A stretch of DNA of 63,867 nucleotides, counting the filler, from Guillardia theta CCMP2712 (taxonomy: Eukaryota; Protista; Cryptophyta), in NCBI RefSeq assembly GCF_000315625.1. It is 3 parts of 3 records of this genome, joined end to end, with 100 filler letters (N's around TTAATTAATTAA, not from the genome) between each part and the next. Parts side by side here need not be neighbours in the genome. Positions count along the whole stretch, not along the records: positions 13,020 to 39,640 come from NW_005434576.1; 2 more parts are not named here. One strand, written 5' to 3'. This document shows positions 25,333 through 39,740 of this stretch, in pieces. Below the pieces are notes generated by a model. It had not been told where the DNA came from and ran no database searches. It worked only from the letters and a program-made list of their open reading frames with translations. The stretch's first letter is position 1. Every line of letters begins with the position of its first letter. The translations under genes were made by a program, and so were the position numbers.

Positions 25333-28300
25333 ATGGTGGTTAATTTTGGGCATGTAGTGTTTGCGCAAGTGCGACAACTAGTGTCTAATTTGAACAAGAA
25401 GAATTTCAAAGCAACCAGTGGGGAATTGAATCAGGTCTGTGGTCGACTCGAACACGTAAATCTGAATTGACTCAACGTGCCAGTTGTTGGAGGTATACGG
25501 TCACGACGTGCATGTGTTTCTCTTTCGTTCATTGATCAATCAGCTTGACCTTAAAAATGCGAAATCAATTACAGATCAAACGAAACTCCAGCTCCTGGCA
25601 CAGGAGCTGGGGACAGTTATGACGAAACCGAATTTCGCAAGTGTAATTTGTCAAGCATTTGAAGGAATTCATTTGACTGAAGAGCTCTGTAACAATTTGG
25701 CGAAGACTTTGAAGCTTACTTTTGCCCAACACCTTACGTTTGGCCTTGCGCTTTGTCAGTCTCAAGATCAATCTGTGCATCAAAAAGGTTTTGCATTTTC
25801 TTTTTTTCAATATAGCTGTTGACTGGGTTGGCAGGCACTCGAATTGTGCAGTCGAAGCTACCAGAGTGCACATTAACAAATTTGAAACTCTTGAATTCGG
25901 CTGTCTTGTCTACTCTGCTGGTAGTGATCGAGACTGAAAGCTCTTTCGTAGCGAAAGAGACTCAGGAGGTAGTTATGCAGGTGCAATGTTGTAGTTTAAT
26001 TGGTTGCTCATCAGGTTTTGAGTGCCATCAAGTCTATGAGTGTTCAGAAGGACACTGATCCCTCGCTGCTTCCAATTTTGAAAGGAGATCAAGAATCTGA
26101 TCGTATCGAACGAGACAGTGAAGAGCTGAACTCAACCATGCTTGATTCTATGCTTTCTACATCTGACACCGAGGTAATTTCATCAAGCCATATCAACCGA
26201 CTGACGTGCTATCAGCTCGCTGAGGTGATGAATGATGTCGGCTATTCGTCATGTACAAGTGTGGAAACTCTTGTAGAAATAATCTCAAATTGTACAAATG
26301 TGAACGAAGGCTCTGTCGCAAATGCCATCTGCATGATGGCGAAAACATTGAACGGTCTTCAAGACTCTGCACTGCCTGTCACTTCAGCCAAGATGGCCTC
26401 AGATGCTAGTGCGGACTCCGAGCAAGGAAAGGAAAATCCCTCAACATGGAATATTGAAGTCTTCACGGAGGGGGTGAGACAAGCAAACGTTGGCATCAAA
26501 TGGAACGATGTTTTCAAGTGCCTCGATACATCATTGTTGAATGGAGTAGATGATGATGGACTGAAATTCATATTTACGCTACATGATGTTGCTTGCAGGG
26601 TAAGCGTTTGATGTTTTGAGGTTCCATCGTTGATTGCTTTTGTTCAGGATACCTTTCCCATCGAGACCGTGTTGAAGCCTTGGCGAAACTCGAATGCACA
26701 ATTTCAACTTTTGAAATTCTTGATAAACGGTGGACCGGAAATTCACAAGGTTCTGGAGGCTGCTCCGAACAAGATCAAAGCTATTGAACTCAGTGACGGA
26801 AGTCGCATCTTTGATGCTGTATGGACCTCGATTGATCTTGTCGAGACACTGCTCCGTCTGTCGGAGTCGGAAGGTTACGAGAAGGTAGCACCATTGTTCA
26901 ATCGTCCCGTCATGTCCTGCAGTGAAGTTTTGATTTTCACTTTGGCACAGTGCAAGTAAGTGATGAGTGAGCATATTCCTGTGAAGTAGACTCATTGGTT
27001 GGTTGTACAGGTCAACTGGGGGTGCATTGTACAGCAGGCTTTTGTCACGATTGATAAGTCAGTTTATGGTACAGTCTTCATCGTACCGAAATGAGATGTT
27101 GAAGGCGCTTTGGACAACCAACAAGAATGCCTTCATTCATGGAATGGTGCATTTTTGCCGAAATTCAGATCAACAGGCAGCAGCCTTGCTGAGAATTCTA
27201 GAAGTGATTCAAGAATTGGGACTGCTCCTTGAAGTTTTGAACTCGAAGCAAGATAGACACTTTACCATAGACTTGGCTGTGCTAGCTGCGCAGAACACAG
27301 GGTTGCCGTTTGCAAACTGGGCTAGTAAGGCTGGCGAAGTCGGAGGCGATGAGTTTGCCCTTGCAGCTGTGTCATATTTGCGTTCAAGGGTGTATGGTGG
27401 AGATACAATGAATGCAAAACCGGGACCAAGTGTGCCCATGGAATATGCGTCAGCTTTGCTGCAGGTATATAATGCACTATCATGCACCGAGAGCGGAAAA
27501 TGATGCGATTTTGATAGGCTTTGCAAGCTGGTCATTTCGATACAGTTGCGACGTCCGAAATCCGGAGATTGGTTCAAGAATCACAGGGAAGAGCCGTGGG
27601 CAAACATGGTGGATCAGGCGGAGAAAGCAACAGTGGAACAGGCATTCTCTCACAAGCGGCGCAATCGCAAATGCCTGGCGAACAGGGACAGGCCCAAGGT
27701 CAACCTCAGGGGCAGGTAGAGCGATGTATATCCTCTGACTGGTAGCATCTCATGGGTGGTATAGGGACAACCAAGTGCACTGTTTGCACAAGACATTGAG
27801 GAAGAGGCCAATTCACACTTCCAAAGGATTTACACATCCGAGATGCAAATCGAAGGAGTTGTACAAATGCTCAAGGGATTTAAGGCGTCTTCTAATCAGG
27901 TAAATTCCGTTTGTTACAAGTGGCTCTACAAGTAACAATCATGCCAGCGGGAACAAGAGGTTTTTGCATGCATGATCCATAATCTGTTCGATGAATACCG
28001 GTGAAGTTTGGTTCGGGCCAGTCTTCGTGTGTGATATTTTGTTTACAGTTTCTTTCCACGTTACCCGGAAAGAGAGCTCTTGATCACGGGCAAATTGTTT
28101 GGATCTTTGATTCAACACCAGCTAGTGTCGTCCATTACTCTTGGGATTGCACTGCGATATGTGCTGGAAGCCTTGAGGAAGCCTCTTCGCAGCAACATGT
28201 TTAAGTTTGGAATGTGTGCGCTCGAACAGTTCAAGGCTCGATTGGTGGAGTGGCCACAGTATTGCCATCACATTCTCCAGATTGCACATATTCGGCAGAG

Positions 28301-31300
28301 CCACGAAGAGTTGATTGACTACATCCAGCGGGCACTCTCCTCATCAGGAGCGGCGAGACCCACCACACCTCATGAACAGGGTCCAGTGCCTTCATCGCAA
28401 GGGCTTACCAGCGGCACAGGGCAGCCACAAGTGTCGCAAGCTCCTTCGATTTCCAACACGCAACAGAGTGCGGCTGTGGCACCTAATGTCGTACCGGGAT
28501 CCATGAAGCAGGGCATGGATTTCTCTCAGGACTACCCTCAATCGACTCCTGTATCGGTGCCTTCAACCTCGAGCGTAACACAGGCTCAGGTCAATGCATA
28601 TGGTGCTTTCAATGATCAAACATCTGGAGGAAGCTCATTTGCTGGGTTTGTACAAGGATTCTCTCAGGAATCCAACCAGACAAATTTCGCAAACTTGCAG
28701 AACTTTGTCGCGGATATCAATTCTGGATCAAATTCTTCCCAGGAGGCAGCTCCGACGGTGGACATGCGGAGTGCCGCAGTACAAAATACTTTATCGGTTG
28801 TGTCAGGAGCTCATGCCTTCGGAGTGACTACCAACGTTGATGTTTTACTGCAAAGAGCAAACCCTGTCGTGCAACCTGATACGGCCCAGCAGGACAAGAT
28901 TCATTTCATTTTCAATAACTTGTCTAATACCAATTTGGAGCAAAAGGAAAAGGATCTGCTTGCAACTATCACGGATGCACACGTTCCATGGCTCCAACAG
29001 TATGTTGTTGTCAAAAGAGCTGCACAAGAATCCAATTATCTTTCTCTGTACTGTCAATTCGTGGACCGGCTTGACAAGAAGGTTTCCCAGTTTGTCAAAG
29101 GTGTAATACGCTGCACTATTGATAACATCAAAATTCTGTTGGGTGAAGACAAAGTTACTAGCAGTGTGTCGTTGAGAAGTCTTCTCAAGAACTTGGGCAG
29201 TTGGCTTGGCATGCTTACATTGCAGAAGAACAAGCCAATCTTGCAACGAGACCTGGATTTGAAGCAGCTTGTGATTGATGCATACGAAAAGGGCAGACTG
29301 ATAGCGGTCGTACCGTTCATTGCTAAAGTCCTCGAAAATGTGTCCAATTCTCGAATTTTCAAGCCTCCCAACCCATGGACGATGTTGATACTTGGTCTGC
29401 TAGCTGAAATCCATCCAATGACGGATTTAAAATTGAATGTCAAGTTCGAGGTTGAGGTGCTTTGCAAGAATTTGAACAAGGACTTGAAGGATATCAAACC
29501 GAGCTGTGTTCTGAAGAATCGTACGACGGTGAAAGAAGGCAACCCTGATTGGAATGTTCGCGGTGCGGACAGTGGTTTGGGATCAATCAAACCGTTACCC
29601 ACAGTTCCGGATCAGAGGTTACTGGCAGCTGCAGCAGGAATTTCAGCGGCCTCCTCTCAGGCAAATGTGGCAACATCGGGTGGGCAGGGAGCAGCACCAG
29701 GGGGCTCTAAGGATGATTTGAACTTGCAAGGTGTTCCGCAATCGGTTGATCAGTCAATCCAGAACCTGAATATATCAAATTACATCACAATCAACCCCAG
29801 CATTGCGATTTTCCAGCAGTATCCCAATCTCGTCTCGGCTGTCATCCAGGCTGTTACCCAGGCAATCAAGGAAATCGTTTCGCCAGTGGTTGATAGATCT
29901 GTAACTATCGCTTGCATCACGACAAGGGAACTGGTGTCCAAAGACTTCGCCCTCGAGCAAGATGAACAGCAACTCAAGGCGGCCGCACACATGATGGTTC
30001 AAAATCTGGCTGGAAGCTTGGCACTCGTTACCAGCAAAGAGCCCTTGAGGCATACCATGTGCAACCAGCTTCGAGCGATTCTTAACAAGACGAATTTGTT
30101 TGACTCTTCTCTGATCGAACAAGCTGCACAGCTAGTTGCAAATGACAACCTTGACCTTGGTTGCAATATTATCGAAAAGGCAGCTACTGAGAAGGCTGTG
30201 AGGGACATCGATGTCACTCTGGATCTTGCTCTTCTACATAGAAGGAAGCTAGGAACTCCGTTCCATGATGCGCTTGTACAAGTAAGTTTATCGCGCGGGT
30301 GTGTGTACATCAACTGAGAGATTGTTTTCACAGGTACAGCAGTGGCTGCCGATTCTTCCTGAGTCTCTCCGACCCAAGGCAGGACCTCACCAGAAGAGGG
30401 TCTATGAAGACTTCATGAGGCTTCCTCGAGATCGTGTGGCCCACCAAGCGGCTACCCAGCCAACCGCGACCGGCGCAACCGAGCCAAACTTGCGTGGATT
30501 TGCGGAAGGAGGCAACATGCCAATGCAGTCGAACCTTCCCGCATCTGGTATGCACATGCCTGTTCAGAATCAACAGACGGAGCATCTGAGGGTGGCACTC
30601 GACAAATGCATGGTCTGCTTGACCAAGGCAGAAGAAGTTGTAACTCGCAACCCGCAATTGGCAGCGACATCTCTGAATTCTCTACCTCAAGTGCACGAGA
30701 TTCAGCAACTGCTGATGCAATCGTTTGCTGTGATCACTCAGTCAGTTGTTCGCGAGGAAGTTGCTGTTGCCTATGGTCACAAGCTCTTTCGAAGAATTTA
30801 CGACAATAGCAAATTTGGCCGCTGTCAACTCGGAGTGGACTGGTTGTGTGCAGGATTGGTGCTGATTGGTGATGTCACCAAGCGACTGCCGAAAGAATTG
30901 ATGAATTGGCTTCTTCACGTTGACCCGGACACGAAGTTGAATCGTGAGCTCACTGTCACTTTGGTGCAGAACCGATTTTTGAATCTGAATTCTCCGGAAT
31001 ACGTCAAGGAAATGGTCAAAGCTATCGAGACCAGAGGATTAGCAGCAATGGACTGTGTTATGTACACAATTCAGCAGTGTTTGCTAGAGAAGAGAATCAT
31101 CAACACCTCGGATTGTGCGCGTTTGCTCGACGCGCTTACTAAACTGGCGCAATCGAATCGCAAACCTCCTGAGAGCTTGTTGAAACTTCTCGAAGATGCT
31201 CGGAATATTGCGCGAGGCATTCCTATCTTGCCTCAGGGGGCAGATGCGAAGGGGAAGAGCTACGATCCAAGAGTCGTTGCAGGCCTCTTGTCCGCATCGT

Positions 31301-33136
31301 GCAAGCCCAAGGATACTCAGGATCCTCCAGGTCTCCGAGATCAGATTTCTTACACTCTTGATCAGTGGGTGGTTACGATTCAGACGAATGACGAGAGGTC
31401 AGTGCTGCAGTCCATCACCTTGTTGCTTCAGCAGGGTTGGTTGAAAGGCGACGAAGTCACTGATCGCTTCTTCCGGATTTGTATCGAGATCTGTATCGAC
31501 AGGTGCACGGCTGCTCTCAGCGATCCTTCGATCCCTCCGAATGTGTCGTACAGTCAGCCAGATGCGTTGGCCAAGCTTGTTTTGGTCCTTGTGCGGTGCT
31601 ATGACGATTGGAGCCGATCGACGACGTTGTCGAAGAATGGAATGGTTAACAAATTCCTTGCGGCGTACGTACGCGTCTTGCACAATGCGCAAGCCGAAAG
31701 GAAGTATCAGTTGAACCAGAAACCTTTCCATCGTTTGTTCTTGAGACTTCTGCTCGAGTTGACCGAAGCGGTGAGTTGTTCGAGATGGTGTAGTTTTGTC
31801 GCTAATCATGCATGATAGATTGGGGACTCAATCGTATTTGCCTTGGCTGATGTTCTTCATGCTGTGCAACCAAGACTCGTGCCCAGCTTCAGCTTCTCGT
31901 GGTTGGAGCTTGCCTCGCACAAGAGCATGATGCCAAAGTTGCTCCAATCAAGCAACAAGAAGGGCTGGATGCCGTTCCAACGACTTCTCGTAGGACTCTT
32001 CAGGTCTTGATAAGCGATGCATGTTTACAATGTGTTGACTCGTGTGCTCGCAGGTACCTGGAGCCATACCTTCGCAGCGCAGAACTTCACGAACCTATCA
32101 AGGTTCTGTACAAGGGAACTCTCAGAGTGCTCCTTGTGCTCTTGCACGACTTCCCAGAGTTCCTCTGCGAATTCCATGCAAGCTTCTGTGACGTCATACC
32201 TCCTTCATGCATCCAGCTACGAAATCTGATCCTCTCGGCGTTTCCACGGAACATGACCCTGCCAGATCCTTTCACGCCCCAGCTGAAAGTCGACCTGTGA
32301 GTTCCTTGTATTACGATACGCTTCCCTTTCTCATGTTGGAATCTAGGTTGCCGGAGATTCACAAACCTCCCATCATTCTGTCGAACTTCACATCGATCCT
32401 CGCGCAGACTGGAAATCTCAAGTCAGATCTGGACAATTTCTTGAAAGGACGAGGCCGGGACAGCTTCCTGCAAGAGCTTCCGTTGACCCTCCTGTTGACT
32501 AGCCCAGTGGAGGCTGCGGCTGCAGGCACCAAGTACAACGTGCCGCTGATCAACTCGTTGGTGCTCTACGTGGCTGCTTCCGCGATCTCGCAGAATGGAT
32601 CAGTACAAGGAAAGACTCCAAGCATCGGAGGCGCAAGCCTCGAGCTCTTTGTCAAGCTCAGCCGCGACCTGGACACGGAAGGGAGATACCTGTTCTTCAA
32701 CGCGATTGCAAACCAGCTTCGATATCCCAATAGTCATACACACTACCTCAGTTGTGTCCTCCTCAACCTATTCCAAGCGTCGCAGGACAAGGAGATCGTT
32801 CGTGAGCAAGTGACCCGCGTCCTGATTGAGCGACTGATCGTGAACAAACCTCATCCTTGGGGTCTGCTGATCACCTTCATCGAGCTCATCAAGAACTCCA
32901 CCTACGACATCTGGCGACACGATTTTGTGCGATCGAGCAAGGAGATAGAGCAGTTGTGAGTGTTCCTCTTGATTCTGACACGTCTGGTCCTGATTCTTGT
33001 CTCCCGCAGGTTTCAGTCTGTTGCAAGGTTCTGCCTTCCGCAGCAAGGCGGGGGAAGTGGAGGCTCTCAAGGGACCAGCAACGCTCCTGGGCTCTCGGAC
33101 ATGCCGGCGCTCAGAGGCCAAGGGGCCTCTCAGTGA
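25333..33136 (+). CDS. CNOT1: CCR4-NOT complex subunit 1
   Basis: Start [26 protein letters not shown]. Hallmarks: [112 protein letters not shown]. Many ~45-55-nt introns. Confidence 0.97.
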
Positions 33137-33571
33137 TGCGTGACCCTCGTGTCATGCGAGTATGATCCATTCGTTTACTCGATCATCGCGGATTTCATGT
33201 CCTGCCGAGAGCGCCTGATTGGCCTACCAGCACTGACCTTGTGCTGGGGTTAACCCAGTGAGCCTTGTCGCTTCCGCCACGACACACTTCTGCTCAACAT
33301 TCTTTGGATATGCACGATGTGTAGATTATTCATTTGTACAGGGGCAGCGTTAAGGGGTAACACTTAATCTGGACTGTCTCGTGAGATTTCACAGCGCGCT
33401 TGATATGCAAGGCGGGGTTGGGACTCTCCGACCGCGAGGGATGAAATCTGAGCGATCAGCCTCAGGGCATGAGCACAGCGACGTGTGTGAAAGCAAAAGT
33501 TTGTCGTCTGGTGCTAGTGGCTCTGATTTAATAATTGTTGATAAACGAGGATTCTTCATAGACGTTAAGTC

Positions 33572-34318
33572 TCAGGGCCTGTTGGCGTTCTTGTGTGACT
33601 GAATGTTCTCTAGCGCCTGATAGAGCAGCGTCTCGACCTGAGAAGAAGAGCGAGTGAGCGCGAGGACGGGGAGTTAACGTGGCGGGGAAGAGAGGATGAG
33701 GGGAGGGGAGAAATCAAGATGTCAGGGGACAGGAAAACAGCACCTGCTTGATGGCGAAGTGAGCTGAAGATCCTGCGTTCTGCATGTCGATGATCTGCCA
33801 TGAGGAAATGAGGAACAGAACAAGGCAGGAGGAGGAGCGACGAGAACACGGTAGAGAGAGGGGAGCGCAGAGAACACGGTAGAGAGAGGGGAGCGAAGGA
33901 TGATCAAGACAAAGTGGTTGAGGTTGATGAGGGGGAGTACGGGAGGAGGGTTTATGAGGAAGGAGGAGACCTGTCGTCGAATGAAGTCTTCTGTGTCTTT
34001 GAAATCCTCCGAGTAGTCGGTGAGCATGTAGAACTCTGCTCCGACGTAGAGGCCCCCGACCGCAATCCGCTTGCTGCAGGAAGAATCAGAAGCTGAGACG
34101 AAGAGAAGAGGAGGGGCAGAGGAGGAGCAGAGGAGATGGAGAGAAGGGAAAGGGGGAGACTCATACCTGAACCAGCTTGCATCCACATTCCCGTCACCTG
34201 CCTGCACGCATGCGACGTCGCTTGTTCGAGCCAAAGTAGCAACGGCTCCTGTAAGCAGCAAGGTCAGCCAGCGGCGGCAAAGAGGAAGATGGGAGAAAGC
34301 AGGAGGAGGACGAGGAGA

Positions 34319-34375
<57 letters not shown>

Positions 34376-35122
34376 TGCAGACCAGGAAGGTTGCTGGGGA
34401 AGGCGAGGATAGCAATGGCCTGCGGCCAAGAGCTGACGTATGGAGCGAGTTTCACGAGGCGCATGAAGAGAATTTTTGTCAGGACGTCTGGATAGCTCAT
34501 AGTCTGTCGTCCATCGTCAAGTGGAGCAAAGACAAGTGGGAGCAGGAGTAGGGGGCCGGCCAGGGGCAGGGCAGCAGGATCAGGAGCAGCATGGTCAGGA
34601 GCAAGAGGAGCAGGCGGAGCTGGTGCGGGGGCCTCACCGACGTGTCCATAGCCCTCAGCTCTGTCAGCCACTCGGCATGGCATTTCTCCTGAAAGAACTC
34701 CACTAGCTCGACAGCTCCTCTGGTAGTACAAGTCACGCTGAGATGAACTGCTCCTCTTCACCTGGGGAAGATGCCATGGATGCTCGGAGACAGCCCCATC
34801 GACATGGCGGCGGTAGACAGCGCCTGCACGGTCCAGCCATGCTGGTGAACATTCTCAAGGGCGCACTCCAGGAGTTCCCTATGAGCAGGTCAAACGTGCT
34901 ACAGGGCAGGAGCAGGAGCGGGAGCGGGAGCAGGAGCAGGAGCGGTAGAGGGAGCAGGAGCGGTAGCGGTAGCAGGAGCGGGAGCAGGAGCAGGAGCAGG
35001 ACGACGGCGAGGACAAGGGCGAGGAGATAGAGAAGGTGGGATAGGCAGAGGAAGTAGGAGAAGATAAGTCTCACTGGCGAAGGCTTTGTTCATCGTCGTT
35101 GCTTCCATTCTGCTTGAAGGAC

Positions 35123-35154
<32 letters not shown>

Positions 35155-35475
35155 GGAGGAGGAGGAGGAAGTGTTGGTGGAAAGGCATCGATGATGGGCA
35201 CGAGACATGTGCGGTACATGAGGGACTAGAGGAGAGCATTGAGCGGTTCTGTGTGCCATCAACATCTTGACTGGCGCCTGTACAGGAGGAACGAGTGGAA
35301 TTGCGCCTCCCCTCCTGTCCGACTTTGCATTGGCTGCAAACTCCCACGACCTGCACATGTTCTTCTGCCAGGCTGTCGCACCATGGCGAGAAGATCTCGA
35401 TGTGTCTCTCACTCCCTTCATCGTCCTCGCTATCATGCTTCCCACGCTCGTTCCCCGCATCCTAGTCGTCATCAC
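33572..35475 (-). CDS. COQ9: Ubiquinone biosynthesis protein COQ9 (multi-exon)
   Basis: Exons encode HGWT..AL....G.SP..HGIFP, GAVELVEFF, LAPYVSSWPQAIAIL, AGD...DASWF, KR...GGLY..AEFYMLTDYSEDFKDTEDFIRR. Confidence 0.88.
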
Positions 35476-36711
35476 GCGTGTTTCCTGCTTGCGCTACCCC
35501 CTAGTAGTACCCCTCCATTGTAACCCCCACCAGTCATATCCCCCAACAGTACCCACCATCTTGACTTGATGTACTACCCCTTGACCTTCTTTGACCCTAG
35601 CGGTTCAACGTGTCCAACACACAAGACGAAAATCAACAATGACAAGTCTAGATCATCTCAGTGAAGGGCCTCCGGCCCGCCGCCGGGCTCCGACGGCCCG
35701 GCGAAAAAAAAAACCTGCATAAAAAAAAAGTTAAACGAGAAGAAATTCCCTTCTGTGTAAAGCTCTCTTGGGTGGGTAGGGTCACGAGGTCGAGACTTTT
35801 GGAGGAGGGGTAGGGTGGGTATGACATCGAGAAACCAGCAAGGGAAAAGGTCTGTAGGGGTGGGGTCAACTAAAGATAATTTCATGAGGAAAAGGGGGGT
35901 TATCATTCCTGTATTTAAAGGACTTTGGTGGTGGGTGGTGAATCGAATGAAATCGTAGGGTGGGGGTGGACCAAAAGGGTGCAACTTAGGGGTCAGGGGG
36001 TGGGTCTGCAAGGTGGCCAAACAATGCTGCGCTTGTTGTTTCAGGTAAACAGAGGAAGAGGAAGAGAGGAGGAGGAGAGGAGGAGGAGAAGATAAAGAGA
36101 AGACCAAGAAGATGAGAAGGAGAAGGCGAGGTTGAAGGAGAAGGAAAGAGAGGTAAGAGAAGAGGAAGAAGGAAATGTGGAAGGAGGATTAGGAGGGAAC
36201 GAGGAGAGGCAGAGGTGAAAAAGTAACAGGCTGAGGAGAGTGACAAGGAGAAAGTAAACGAGAATGTAATGGAGGAAAAGGAGAGAAGCATGAAGGAACA
36301 GCATCCTGGATTGGTTTCACTATGGTCATGGGACTGAAGAAGAGATATTTTGAGACATCTGTAAACATCCGCTGGAACGAAAATGAGTGTAGAAAGCTTA
36401 TTTGACCTTATGAATAGAGATGAGTAAGCAGCGGATTGTGTGAAATTGATGATAATGCTGCAAGTGTTTCGTATTGTCATCATGCTGTTCTGTTACAACC
36501 CAACATGTCAGTGTAATCATGGACAAACAATCCAAAAATATGACAATCATCACAAGGCTGAAGCAGCACTTCAACCTGTAAAAGTTTAATTTCTTTTTAC
36601 ATGTTTGAGTCTTAGGAGAAATCACTTGTATCAGCACCATGACAGAAGCACGAACGCTCCTCTCCTCTCCCCACTCGCTCCTCCCTGACATGTGCTTGAC
36701 AGGTTCGCCTG

Positions 36712-37170
36712 ATGCCGCGCATGGTGGGAAGCAGGAATACTTCAACGACACCGCCGGGAGCGAAGGAGGAGGACGAGGAGGAGAACATCTCTAGTATCAT
36801 CCGGGCAGACCTGAGCATCACCAAACCTCCTCCTGTCCCTCCAGGAGGAGACAAGGAGGAAACCGACGTCGGAGCAGCGGCAGCATTGATCCTCGCCCGC
36901 GGCATGTCGTTTGGCAACACCAAGGCACTGGACAGCATCTACCTGCATGAGTACTCGGCAAGGGGAGAGGAGACGCCTCCTCCTCCCCATGCTGGAGGGG
37001 AGCTGAAGGGAGCGAGGGAGGCGAAGAGGGAGGAAGTGGAGGAGGGCAAGTCGAGGATGTGTCCTCAAGAGCATGCGGATCGAGTCTCTGCCATCCTCCT
37101 CGCTCGCGGCGCCTCCTTCTGCCATGCACGGGCGCTGGATAGCATCTACCTGAAGGACGTCGGGGGATGA
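36712..37170 (+). CDS. Hypothetical protein with duplicated motif (ILARGMSFGNTKALDSIYL / LLARGASFCHARALDSIYL)
   Basis: 152-aa ORF preceded by an acceptor-like ACAG at ~36702, with an internal repeat conserved at protein level. Confidence 0.5.
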   Translation: MPRMVGSRNTSTTPPGAKEEDEEENISSIIRADLSITKPPPVPPGGDKEETDVGAAAALILARGMSFGNTKALDSIYLHEYSARGEETPPPPHAGGELKGAREAKREEVEEGKSRMCPQEHADRVSAILLARGASFCHARALDSIYLKDVGG

Positions 37171-38329
37171 AGAAAGTGCGGGGCTTGTTACCACTAATGA
37201 GCTGAGGAGGAGGAGGAGGAGGAGGAAGTGTGAGTTTAAAACTCATGCGGGGAGAGGTGACTTGATTCTTTTGTTTTGTTGATTTTTTTGGATTGCGGCT
37301 CACGGGACGCCATCCTCTTGTTTGCTAGTGCGTCTGATCTGTGAGGGACATGGAACAAGTTATGAGCCTCAGTCGTGATGACAAGAACTGATTGATGTGG
37401 AGGGACAGGATGAAAGGGAGAGGAAGAGGAGAAGAGGGAAGTTGTACAGGATTCTAGATCCTCCTTCTCTTCCTTCCTCTCATCCATTGACAGTGTCCTC
37501 TGTTTTACTTCTTTTTGTTTGAGGACGGGAAAGAATAAAAAGAGATCAAAGATAAAGTACAGGTGTCGACCCTCCACCATCATTATCACCATCATTGCTG
37601 GTTCGGATACAACTCCCAGTAGTTGTCGAAGCGAAAATCCTCCCTCATCGAGATTTCAGCTCCAGGGAGAACCTGCTCGCAGTCAGCAGCCACCAACACC
37701 TCCACCACCACCACCACCTCCTCCCCCTCCTCCTCTTCCCCTCCTCCTCCTCCTCCTCCTCATCTTCCTCCTACTCTATACCGCACCCCAAGGCTCCCTC
37801 TCTCAATCTTAATTTCAGAAATACGGGAAAAAAGGAAGGAAGAGCGAGCACTAGGAGAAAGGAAAGGAGCCGCAGAGGAGGAGGGAGAGTACAGAGAGGA
37901 GTGGAGGATGAAGTGCAGCACAGAAAGTCGCATTTACCTCAGCTTCCTCTTGCACGTCAGGCGAGATGAGAGAATGGCGGAGGACGAAGAAGATAACGAG
38001 GGCGATGAAGGACAAGGAGGAGAGGAGGAGGAAGCAGATTACTCCAGTCTGCCGCACATTCAGAGGAGGGTCAGAGCGAGATTGGAGGAGCAGAGGAAGA
38101 GAAAGAGGAAGTGGATGAGTGGAGCACGTGTATAAGGATCAGGATGCAGAAGTAGAAGGAATACATTGAAGGGAAGGGAAGCAGCGGCAGGGGAGGAGCA
38201 AGGAGCAAGAAGCAGCAGAAGCAGGAGGACGAGAAGAAAGCAGGACGAGGTGGAGGTGAAGGAAGGGAGGAAGGGAGGAAGGGAGGAGGGAAGAAGGGAG
38301 GGAGGGAGGAGGAGCAGCAGCAGCAGGAT

Positions 38330-39640
38330 GTGGACGTATATCGATGGTTGATGGTGGACCGACCGGATCGAGATCAATCGCGAGGATCAGCGCGAGAGGT
38401 CCGAGAGCTCGAGCAGGCAGCCTTGTCATGCTCCAGAAGAGCTGCGGCGACGTCAGCAAATGTAGACCTGCTTCACCCTTCCCTCCTCCTCTTCTCTCCT
38501 CCTCCTCCTCCTCTTCCCTCCCTCCCTCCCTCCCTCCTCTCCCTCCCTCCCTTCCCTTCCCTTCTACCTGCAGCCAGACCAGCTCGCCGTCCTCGGAGTA
38601 GACCTTGACGATGGCAGCAGAGACGATATCGTTGGCGATTTCAGAGAGAGGAAAGAAGCCGAAGCAAGAGAGGCAGCAGCCAAAGGTGAAAGAGAGAGCG
38701 TCCATCCTGGCATGGTGTGAGAGGGAGAGAGAGAGGAGGGAGAGGGAGAGGGTAAGGAGACGAGGAAGGAGGAAGGAGAAGAGAGGAGGGAAGGCAAGAG
38801 CGAAGAAGGGGAGAAAGAAGTAGATAAGTAGGAGTAAGTGGAGAGGGGAGGCAGAGACTAGGACGATAAGAGAAGGAGAGGGAGACAGCGAAGGGGGGGG
38901 GGGGGGGTGCAAGAGAACAGGACGAAACAGACAAGGGCGGGGGAAGGAGGAGAAGCAGCTGACCTTCCTCTCCATGGGAAGCAGAAGGAGAAACCGAGGA
39001 GGACGAGGAAGACACTGAGGAATATGAGAGAGCGCAAGGGCTGCAAAACTGTCAGGTCACGTAGAGAGCGAATGGAGGAGGAAGAGGAGCAGGAGCAGAA
39101 GCAGCAGTAGCAGCAGCAGGTGGAGGAGGTGGAGGACGAGCAGGAGCTCACCTGCATCTTCTTGAGCGGATCGAACACAGCTATTCCTATAACTCCACAT
39201 ACAAGATTCCCCTGTAACCGAGTTATCTCCTGCCTCCCCCCCTCCCTCCCCCCCCCCACCCCTCCCCACCCCACCCTCATCTCCCGCTTCTTCCCTCCCT
39301 CCCTCCCTCCCTCCCTCCCTCCCTCCCTCACCCATGATGAAGATGGCAATGGCGTCGCAGCTCCAGTCGTTCCAAACTCGAAGGAGAGGAGGAACAATGG
39401 ATTCTATGCTCACCTGAAAGCTGCTGAGTAGCAGAAGAGAGAAGCGAAGATGTTCAAGAGAGATCCAGGGGAGGGGAGAGGAGGGGAGAGGGAGAGGTAG
39501 GGAGCGAGAAGGATGAGGAGGAGGAGAAGGGGTGGATACTCACGAGCGTCATCTGCGCGAGGAATTCGAGGGCCACGCAGGCAGCAAGGGGGTAAAAATA
39601 CTTGAGAGACTTCGGGCTGAGATGCGCGAGAGGAACCCGC
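38330..39640 (-). CDS. Exons of a membrane protein, possibly HPP-family-like
   Basis: Hydrophobic exons such as GNLVCGVIGIAVFDPLKK, LFWSMTRLPARALGPLALILAI and YFYPLAACVALEFLAQ. Family assignment is weak. Confidence 0.3.
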
Positions 39641-39740
39641 NNNNNNNNNNNNNNNNNNNNNNNNNNNNNNNNNNNNNNNNNNNNTTAATTAATTAANNNN
39701 NNNNNNNNNNNNNNNNNNNNNNNNNNNNNNNNNNNNNNNN

